From positions 36,452 through 100,451 of the forward strand of contig CAYNYL010000002.1 in the NCBI GenBank assembly GCA_964401485.1: a stretch of DNA of 64,000 nt, given 5' to 3'. Origin of the DNA: an uncultured Gammaproteobacteria bacterium (lineage in GTDB: Bacteria; Patescibacteriota; Patescibacteriia; UBA9934). This document shows, piece after piece, positions 56,749-64,000 of this stretch. The stretch's first letter is position 1, and each line of letters begins with the position of its first letter. The notes below the pieces were generated by a model that saw nothing but the letters and a program-made list of their open reading frames with translations, searched no databases and was not told the origin of the DNA. Position numbers and translations under genes: made by a program.

Positions 56749-57797
56749 AAAAAGTACTCTTTATCGCGAGCTGTTTTTTGATAGCGCTTCTGTTATTTTT
56801 GGTTTCAATGACTCTTGTCATTCTCCTTGGATTTGTTGAGCGTCAAAAACCGCTCCCGGAGCCCGTGGTTTTAGAGCCAGAACCGGAAATTACCGAGGAA
56901 CTCATTCTTGGGACGGTGAGTGAGAACCCTCACCTTGCTTTTGAGTATTTTCGAAAGCTCCTTCTCGCGAGTCCCGATGCTTATAACGAGTGTCATGGAT
57001 TTGCTCATAAACTTGGGCACGAAGCCTACGAGCAGTTCGGGTTCGAAGGGGCGTTAAACTATTCGGATGCGCTTTGCGGTGGTGGTTTTGTTCACGGGAT
57101 TCTCGAGGCGCGATTTGGGGAGGAGTCGGTCGGCTCAATCGTTTCCGAGCTACCAACAATCTGCGAAGAAGAGAATACCGCTTGCTTTCACGGGATTGGT
57201 CATGGGCTCATGATTGTTACCTATCTTGATACAGACGCGTCGCTTCAGTACTGTGATCGCTTGCCGGAAGTTGGACGTAGCGATTGTTACGACGGGGTTT
57301 GGATGCATATTTTTGATCTTGAAGAGAGTGGCGCGCGCGATTTGCCGGATTACTCGACCGTGATTGATCCGGCGCATGTCACAAAGTCGGCAAAACGCTG
57401 TGCGGACACGGATAGCGCCTATAAAACGAATTGTTATTTCTATCTTCCAAGAATTCTTGCGCACAACGCGCTTGTATCGTTCGAGTACTACACGGATTTA
57501 TGTACGAGTGTAGATGAGCAGTATCAACTTACCTGCGCGGCGGGCTCGGGACACGCGGTAATGAAGTATGCGATTGAAAATCCAAATTCAGCCGTAGAAC
57601 AATGCCTAGGGTATGACCAAAATGAGCTAGCGGGCGGTTGCAAGGAAGGAGCATTTATCTACTATTTATTCGCCGGCGGACTTTCCTCGGTAAGTGACGA
57701 GCCGACGACCGGGTATCAAGAAAAGTGCAATGTCTTTATAGAGCAAAGTGATCGACGACTTTGCGACCGTGTAGACGGGTATCGAGGTGATATTTAA
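56745..57797 (+). CDS. Membrane-anchored Cys/His-rich hypothetical protein
   Basis: N-terminal TM; CHGFAHKLGH, CGGGFVHG, CFHGIGHG, CAAGSGH repeats. Confidence 0.75.
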   Translation: MKKVLFIASCFLIALLLFLVSMTLVILLGFVERQKPLPEPVVLEPEPEITEELILGTVSENPHLAFEYFRKLLLASPDAYNECHGFAHKLGHEAYEQFGFEGALNYSDALCGGGFVHGILEARFGEESVGSIVSELPTICEEENTACFHGIGHGLMIVTYLDTDASLQYCDRLPEVGRSDCYDGVWMHIFDLEESGARDLPDYSTVIDPAHVTKSAKRCADTDSAYKTNCYFYLPRILAHNALVSFEYYTDLCTSVDEQYQLTCAAGSGHAVMKYAIENPNSAVEQCLGYDQNELAGGCKEGAFIYYLFAGGLSSVSDEPTTGYQEKCNVFIEQSDRRLCDRVDGYRGDI

Positions 57798-57835
57798 ACA
57801 AAAACCCCGGCGCTTCGCACGCCGGGATCTTTTAT

Positions 57836-58444
57836 TTACTCTTTTTCTTCGGTCTCGGATTCCTCGGTCTCTTCGTCCGCTTCTTCAGCGTCCATGTCGA
57901 CCACGTCTCCGGTGACTTCTTCAAAGTCTTCGTCGACTTCAACGATTTCATCGTCGTCATTGTCACCCTCTCCCTCGATTTCTACGAGGATATCGAGAAT
58001 GCGATCAATCTTCGAGGACATGAGTTTGATTTGCTTTGCGAGATCGTCGTTTCCAGCCGCTCGTGGCGTTGAAACGTATGGGCGCTTTTCCGCACCACGT
58101 CGATCATCGAATCGTGAATCTTGTCCATCGTTCTTGAAACAATTGTTACAAAGAACTGGCTTGCGTCCGTTTGGTCGGAATGGAACTTGGCAGTCATTTC
58201 CACAATCGTTACAAACGGCGTCGTGCATCATCGGTCGGTCATTGTCTCGACCGCCTCCGAATCCACCGCCGAACCCACCACGATTTCCACCACCGAATCC
58301 TCCTCGGCTTCCGCCAAATCCACCTCGTCCACCACGGTCGCCCCCTCGGCGATCGTCTCCACCCTTCTTCCAGGTGCTTCCACCAAACTTCGATCCGCCA
58401 CTTCGGCGATCGTCTCCACCCCGTCTATCATTCGTTCTAAACAT
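57836..58444 (-). CDS. CxxC-x17-CxxC zinc-ribbon protein with RGG-rich N-terminus and acidic tail
   Basis: CNDCGNDCQVPFRPNGRKPVLCNNC; RGGFGG repeats. Confidence 0.85.
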   Translation of the reverse strand: MFRTNDRRGGDDRRSGGSKFGGSTWKKGGDDRRGGDRGGRGGFGGSRGGFGGGNRGGFGGGFGGGRDNDRPMMHDAVCNDCGNDCQVPFRPNGRKPVLCNNCFKNDGQDSRFDDRRGAEKRPYVSTPRAAGNDDLAKQIKLMSSKIDRILDILVEIEGEGDNDDDEIVEVDEDFEEVTGDVVDMDAEEADEETEESETEEKE

Positions 58445-58450
58445 ACTCTG

Positions 58451-59911
58451 TTACTTTTTAATAAGTGTTGCGAGGTCTAATTTCTCGTTAAACGTAATTT
58501 GCTTAACGAACTCTTCCGCGTGGCTTACGACGATTAAGCACCCCTTATACTCGTCTAATGCCTTTGCAATAACCGGTAAATGCCGGAAATTGATATGGTT
58601 TGTCGGCTCATCAAAGATTAAGAGCCCAGGTTCTTGGAGGACGAATCGTGCGAAGCAAAGCAGTCCTTTTTGACCCTCGGACAATGCTCCAACCGGAGTT
58701 GCGAGCGTGTCGCCAGTTAAGAGGAAACGTGCGGCCACTCGGCGGATCGTTTCATTATCAGGCATATCCATTACTCCTTCGAGCGAAGCGTAGGCCGTTT
58801 CGTCGAAGTTGAGTCCCGAGAAGTCTTGTCGGTAGTAGCCGACTTTAACGCCTTCGGTAATCACTGCGCCTTCCGACTTCCCTTCCGCAAGGGAACGAAG
58901 GAGGGTGCTTTTTCCAATTCCGTTTGGTCCTGAAACGAGGAGGTGGTCGCCTCGGCGAAGCGTAAGGTCTACTTCGGCTTGATGTGGTTCATGGTTTTTA
59001 ATGACCTTAACCGATTTAATCGTCACGATCGGTTCCGTAAAGTGCTGGTTCGGAATTGTGAATTCTCCGATTGTTCGGTCGTCGCGTTTAACGTCGACCA
59101 TGTTCTCTTCCGCTTCCGCGACCTCTTCTTTAAGCTTTGCGGCAAGCGCGCGCATCTTTCCTCCCTTGTGGGCGAAGAAGTTTACCTTGTCCTTGCGATC
59201 TTGAATCGTTTTAAGGAGCTGGGCATTTTTTGCGCGGTCGCGCTCGACGCGTGCCGAGATTTCTTCGACAACATCCGAGTAGTTTCCGTCGTACTTATCG
59301 ACCTTACCTGTGAAGACATCAAGGTGAAAGACTCCCTCCGTAAAGCTATTTAAGAAATCGGCGTCGTGGGAAATGACCATGACCGTCTTCGGGTACATGA
59401 TAAGGAACGCGGTCAAATGATCGATTCCATCTCGGTCGAGGTTGTTTGTTGGCTCGTCGAGAAGAAGAATGTCCGGCTCTTGGATAAGTGCGAACGCGAG
59501 AAGGAGTCGTGCTTGCTGTCCCCCCGAAAATTCGCCAATGATCTTATCGAGAGGCGCCTTGAGGTTTACGATCTCGAGAGCATCCGCAATTTGCTTATCG
59601 AGATTGTATGGAACTTCCGTAAACGCTTTTTCGAAGTATTCGCGAACCGTCAGTCCGAGGTAGTCGCGCGCCATGACCTGCTTTGCCTCAGCAATCGTTG
59701 CCCCGGCCTTTTTATGGATCTTACCCTTTGTCTGGGTCAATTCGCCCGTAATCAGCTTAAAAATCGTACTTTTTCCGGCTCCATTTTGGCCCATGACGGT
59801 ATATTTTACCCCGTCGCGAACGGAAAAACTTGCCTCGTCTAGAATCGGCTTACGCTCGACGTATGAGAACGAAACATCCTCGAATCGAATAATGACTTCA
59901 CTATTTGACAT
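58451..59911 (-). CDS. ABC-F family ATPase
   Basis: Two NBDs (GQNGAGKS, GPNGIGKS), DEPTN twice, SHD, no TM segments. Confidence 0.92.
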   Translation of the reverse strand: MSNSEVIIRFEDVSFSYVERKPILDEASFSVRDGVKYTVMGQNGAGKSTIFKLITGELTQTKGKIHKKAGATIAEAKQVMARDYLGLTVREYFEKAFTEVPYNLDKQIADALEIVNLKAPLDKIIGEFSGGQQARLLLAFALIQEPDILLLDEPTNNLDRDGIDHLTAFLIMYPKTVMVISHDADFLNSFTEGVFHLDVFTGKVDKYDGNYSDVVEEISARVERDRAKNAQLLKTIQDRKDKVNFFAHKGGKMRALAAKLKEEVAEAEENMVDVKRDDRTIGEFTIPNQHFTEPIVTIKSVKVIKNHEPHQAEVDLTLRRGDHLLVSGPNGIGKSTLLRSLAEGKSEGAVITEGVKVGYYRQDFSGLNFDETAYASLEGVMDMPDNETIRRVAARFLLTGDTLATPVGALSEGQKGLLCFARFVLQEPGLLIFDEPTNHINFRHLPVIAKALDEYKGCLIVVSHAEEFVKQITFNEKLDLATLIKK

Positions 59912-59984
59912 ACAAGGCCGAAGCATAGCACGCCTTTGTGTATTTGTCCACCTTTTTTTGGCCAGAGTCTGCTATACTTTGAGC

Positions 59985-60911
59985 ATGTCTGCTCTCACGC
60001 TCCTCATTTTTGGATTCGGGCTCATCTTCCTTTGTTCGCGATTTATTGTTGGAGAAGTCGATGGGCTTGCAAAACGGATTCGTTTTTCCAAATTCGGTGT
60101 TTCTTTCCTGCTTCTTGGCGCGCTCACCTCTCTTTCCGAGATATTTATCGCGATCTCAAGTCAGGCCTCGGGTGTACCTGAGATTTACGCGGGGAACTTG
60201 ATCGGGGGCATGTTTGTGATTAGCTTATTCATCATTCCGCTACTCGCCCTTTGTAAAAACGGTCTCGTTTTTGATAAGACATTCCCGCGGAAGAAATTTC
60301 TCTCGTTCGGACTACTAAGTTTTTTACCGATTATTGTTGCGATCGACGGGGTGATTTTTCGAGCAGAGGCGATTCTACTACTCGTTGCTTATCTCGCCTT
60401 TCTCTACTACGAGTTTTTCCTCCATGCGGAAGTCGTCCGGCTTAATCGTATCGCCACAAAGCGAAACCTCTTGGGATTTTTTATCATCGCCTCTTCCGCG
60501 GTAGGAATTTTCTTTGGCTCCCAATTTCTCGTTGCGAGTACGCAGGAGATTGCGCTTTCCTTCGGGATTCCGATGTTCATCCTAAGCTTGTTTCTCCTGT
60601 CCTTTGGAACAAATATTCCAGAGATTTCGATTGCGGTTACGAGTCTGATGAAAAAGAACACGGATATTGCATTTGGAGACTACTTCGGCTCGGCGTCATT
60701 CAACGTCCTAATTCTCGGGCTGTTTGGGACAATGAATCGGTATGTTGCAATTGATCTCGGTAATGGAAAGTTACTCCTGCTCTTTTTCATTGCAAATTTG
60801 CTTTTCCTCTTTTTTGGGCTTACAAAAAGTCGCATCGGACGCTTTGAGGCATTCCTTCTCTTACTTGTATTTCTTCTCGTGTTAACGTACGAAATTTTCG
60901 TACTTTCCTAG
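59985..60911 (+). CDS. Na+/Ca2+ exchanger (CaCA) family protein
   Basis: Alpha repeats LTSLSE and GTNIPE; about 10 TM segments. Confidence 0.85.
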   Translation: MSALTLLIFGFGLIFLCSRFIVGEVDGLAKRIRFSKFGVSFLLLGALTSLSEIFIAISSQASGVPEIYAGNLIGGMFVISLFIIPLLALCKNGLVFDKTFPRKKFLSFGLLSFLPIIVAIDGVIFRAEAILLLVAYLAFLYYEFFLHAEVVRLNRIATKRNLLGFFIIASSAVGIFFGSQFLVASTQEIALSFGIPMFILSLFLLSFGTNIPEISIAVTSLMKKNTDIAFGDYFGSASFNVLILGLFGTMNRYVAIDLGNGKLLLLFFIANLLFLFFGLTKSRIGRFEAFLLLLVFLLVLTYEIFVLS

Positions 60912-60954
60912 CGCGTCTTGCCTATTTACTCGGCAGGAGTAGAATCCCTGCCAT

Positions 60955-62565
60955 ATGACATTCTTGTTTGATCGTTTGAAAGAAAATTGGCGGTCGGCGA
61001 TCTCCGTCGCGCTCGTTTCAGTCCCCCTCTCGATCGCGCTCGCGGTCGCTTCTGGAGCGACCCCGGCGATGGGAATTATTACGGCCGTTTGGGCGGGTCT
61101 ACTCGCTTCGATTTTTGGAGGGAGCGCGCATAATATCGTTGGTCCTGCGGGTGCGCTATCGGGAATGATTGCTGCCTACTCGCTTGTACACGGTCCCGAA
61201 TCGCTTCCGCTCCTTGCGATCGCGAGCGGTGTATTTATCTTTTTTGGATACTTGATCAAGATTGAAAAATATTTGGTTCTCATTCCAAACACCGTCATGA
61301 TCGGGTTTAGCCTCGGAGTTGCCTTTCTTATTGGTCTTGGTCAGATTAATTCCGCATTGCGACTTGAGGGGCTCGAGAAGCACTCGCACTTTATTCTAAA
61401 TGTTCTCGAGAGCATCAAGCACCTGAACGAGGCGTCTCTCGCGAGCGCGCTTGTGACGCTTGCTTTTTTTGCGATTCTCTTCGCATTTGTTAAGTTCATT
61501 CCAAAAGTTCCCCCCGTTGTTGCCGTAACGCCATTTGGAATCCTTCTCGGGTTTCTTACAACGAAATCGCTTTTACCGTTTGATGTTCTTACTCTTGGAG
61601 AGAAGTTCTCTGGGACCTCTCTCTCGCTCGTGCAAATCCCAACGTTTGCCTTTGATATTTCTCTTCTTTCCGCCGGGCTTTCTATTGCCTGTGTCGCAAT
61701 TATTGAGACACTTATCTCGGCTCGGATTGGCGAGATGATGACGGGAGTTAAGTTCAATCGTCGGAAAGAAATGCTCGGGCTTTCGATTGCGAGTATTGGT
61801 TCTGGGCTTGCGGGAGGACTTCCTCCAACCGGAGTGTTCGTTCGTACAGGCGTTAATATTAAATCGGGCGCAACACACCAAATTTCACAGGGACTTCACA
61901 GCGTCATTGTTGCCGTTATCGCCGTAGCTTTGTTTTCCTTTGTCAATTATCTTCCGATGCCGGTTGTCGCGAGTATTCTTCTCTTTGCGTCCGTGCGGAT
62001 GGTCGAAACAAAGCACTTTGTTGAGCTCTATAAAAACGCGCGCGTGGAGTTTGTGATCGCGCTTCTTGTTGCGATCATCATGATTTTTGTCGATACGATT
62101 GTTGGACTTGGGGTTGGGGCGCTTGTCATGCTTCTCTTCTTTATACAAAAAACGACCAAGGGAAGTTTTGAAATGACGACCAATGCGGAAGGAAATGTGC
62201 TCCTCAACCGCTACTACACGGGCGATACGATTGACGCGTCAAAGCCGGTCGATAAACTCGTCTACTCCTTCAAGGGGTCGCTCACCTACATCGATGCCGA
62301 GGCACACGAACACCGCGTTCTTGATAGAGCGCCGAAGGCTCGTGAAGTGATCTTGCGTTTGCGAGAACTTGCCGTGATCGATCTCGACGGTGTGCATACC
62401 TTTGACCGGATTGTCGACACGCTCGAAGAGCGAGGTGTGAGTGTTCATATCTCGAGCGGTTCCCACGCGGTTGTCGCGATGCTGAAGAAAGGTCACGCGT
62501 ACGCACACTTAAAAACGGCGGGACGTGTGCATGAAAATACGCGGATCGCGCTCGGCTTGGTATAA
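60955..62565 (+). CDS. SulP family anion permease with STAS domain
   Basis: VPLSIALA, GPAGA, C-terminal STAS-like IDLDG. Confidence 0.92.
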   Translation: MTFLFDRLKENWRSAISVALVSVPLSIALAVASGATPAMGIITAVWAGLLASIFGGSAHNIVGPAGALSGMIAAYSLVHGPESLPLLAIASGVFIFFGYLIKIEKYLVLIPNTVMIGFSLGVAFLIGLGQINSALRLEGLEKHSHFILNVLESIKHLNEASLASALVTLAFFAILFAFVKFIPKVPPVVAVTPFGILLGFLTTKSLLPFDVLTLGEKFSGTSLSLVQIPTFAFDISLLSAGLSIACVAIIETLISARIGEMMTGVKFNRRKEMLGLSIASIGSGLAGGLPPTGVFVRTGVNIKSGATHQISQGLHSVIVAVIAVALFSFVNYLPMPVVASILLFASVRMVETKHFVELYKNARVEFVIALLVAIIMIFVDTIVGLGVGALVMLLFFIQKTTKGSFEMTTNAEGNVLLNRYYTGDTIDASKPVDKLVYSFKGSLTYIDAEAHEHRVLDRAPKAREVILRLRELAVIDLDGVHTFDRIVDTLEERGVSVHISSGSHAVVAMLKKGHAYAHLKTAGRVHENTRIALGLV

Positions 62566-62572
62566 TGATGCC

Positions 62573-64000
62573 ATGGCAAAAGGAGGAAAACCAACTATCT
62601 CACCTTGGATTGAACAAATCCATCGTAAACGTGTTGGAAAAACATTAACCAAAGACTATTCGACACAGGTTGCAATTGTCGGAGGAGGAATCGCCGGAGC
62701 GACGACTGCCTATTTTTTGCTGACAAAAACGAGGAAGAGTGTTGCTTTGTTTGAGGCGGGAAAGGTTGCTCACGGGGCGACGGGACACAATGCGGGGCAA
62801 CTCGTAAGCTATTTTGAGCGACCGTTCCACGATATCGTCGACGAGTTTGGTCTTCGTCTTGCCGCGGACGGACAGAGGGCTGTCGATTCCGCTTGGGAAC
62901 TTCTTGATGAGATCGTGAAAGACCTAAACCTAAAAACCCCGATCCATACCTTCACGGGGTTTGCCGGGTGCGTCGACAAAGAGGAGTTATTTACACACCT
63001 TGAGAACAAACGATTAAAGAAAAAGGCTGGTTTGAAAACCGAGGAGTGCTTTGTTTCAAAGCGGTTTCTCGATTCCCACCGCATCCCCTATCGTTTCCGA
63101 GGCCTCTATCGACCGCTTCCGCACATGGAAGTGCTCGACATGCTTGAAACAAAGGATGATCGCTATATCGCCGTTCTCGTTTCAAAAAAAGGAGTCGCAA
63201 ACAGTGCGCGCTTTACGGAGGAATTAATCTCGGCGCTACTTAAGCGTTACAAAACGCGGTTCACCGTATTTGAGCAAACAAAGATTGCTCGCGTCCACCT
63301 GTTTACGAGCCTTGTACGGCTCGAGACGGCAAGGTACGACATCGCCGCAACCCACGTTATCCTTTGCACGAACGGATTTGAAGGCTTTCATATTATTAAT
63401 CACGCCGGCAAAGATATTGACGCTTCGTTCCACCATCTCGTAAAGGGATCGGTTGGTTACATGGCTGGGTTTTATGAACATTCAGTGAAATCCCCCGTCG
63501 CAATAAGCTATCTTCCAACAAGTAACCCAGTGTCTCTTGATGTCTATGATGCTGAACCCTACTTTTATCTTACTCGGCGACCATTTGACGGTGGGCGCGA
63601 CGACACGAATTTAATTTGCATCGGCGGACCGGAGCATCTCGTCGAAGAAACGGGCGGATACCGTCGTACGGCTCCGTACTCGGCGGAAGCAAAAACGGCG
63701 ATTGATCGATTCGTAAAGCGCACCTACCGCCACGCAAAAAAGCGCTTTACCTATTCACATCTTTGGCACGGACTTATGGGCTACACGCCAAACGGAATTC
63801 GCTGTGTTGGGTTTGAGCCGATTAACCACCGCCTTCTCTACAACCTTGGGTGTAACGGGGTCGGGATTCTTCCGTCGATCGCCGGGTCTTCTCGGATTGC
63901 TCGATTGATCCAAAAGGGCCGTCTCCCGAAAAGTATTTTTGATCCGGTCGACTTTTTGCGTGACGGTGATGGCCATTACAGGCGTCGGCAAAAAATCGAG
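62573..64000 (+). CDS. FAD-dependent oxidoreductase (DAO family), runs off window end
   Basis: SPW, VAIVGGGIAG, GATGHNAG, WHGLMGYT, GCNGVG; missing from the ORF track because there is no stop within the window. Confidence 0.88.
   Translation, partial: MAKGGKPTISPWIEQIHRKRVGKTLTKDYSTQVAIVGGGIAGATTAYFLLTKTRKSVALFEAGKVAHGATGHNAGQLVSYFERPFHDIVDEFGLRLAADGQRAVDSAWELLDEIVKDLNLKTPIHTFTGFAGCVDKEELFTHLENKRLKKKAGLKTEECFVSKRFLDSHRIPYRFRGLYRPLPHMEVLDMLETKDDRYIAVLVSKKGVANSARFTEELISALLKRYKTRFTVFEQTKIARVHLFTSLVRLETARYDIAATHVILCTNGFEGFHIINHAGKDIDASFHHLVKGSVGYMAGFYEHSVKSPVAISYLPTSNPVSLDVYDAEPYFYLTRRPFDGGRDDTNLICIGGPEHLVEETGGYRRTAPYSAEAKTAIDRFVKRTYRHAKKRFTYSHLWHGLMGYTPNGIRCVGFEPINHRLLYNLGCNGVGILPSIAGSSRIARLIQKGRLPKSIFDPVDFLRDGDGHYRRRQKIE

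Noticed and set aside
57894-58673. Long antisense ORFs (also 2983-3684, 12940-13605, 20621-21457, 32952-33680)
   Set aside because: They lie opposite well-supported genes and have no motifs; shadow ORFs.
1-64000. Alternative genetic code (UGA read as Gly, as in Gracilibacteria)
   Set aside because: Conserved genes are full-length under the standard code and several end at TGA.

Overview
Gene-dense bacterial chromosome segment using the standard code (TGA is stop). Gene content and organisation suggest Patescibacteria/CPR, which is an inference: few Shine-Dalgarno motifs, many -10 boxes just before ATG, housekeeping genes with almost no biosynthesis. Contents in order: a surface-glycan cluster (flippase, GT4, two GT2, O-antigen ligase-like); fmt/def, a degenerate priA, clpB, gltX and an M23 peptidase; a probable chromosome-terminus dif site at 19215-19242 flanked by oppositely oriented KOPS-like octamers; a long minus-strand block (ftsQ-like, serS, lysS, greA, mrdA, mreD/C/B, DciA-like, UvrD-nuclease, tatD, metG, rsmI, pepA, bcp, mutY); a Fur/Zur-ZIP pair; ppa; tRNA-Asn; a Fic protein; and a stress/accessory run (VOC, DUF1801-DUF2200, DUF1905, YdeI, cupin, COG0523, SanA, trhO, HI0933, ABC-F, CaCA, SulP, FAD oxidoreductase). 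The main unexplained signals are a promoter-driven, two-domain structured RNA candidate (about 31885-32110), a monocistronic 40-aa highly basic peptide (38428-38550), and four self-contained orphan-gene cassettes with atypical codon usage and their own SD and hairpin. No CRISPR array, rRNA, integrase or transposase was seen. Family assignments come from motif recognition, not database searches.
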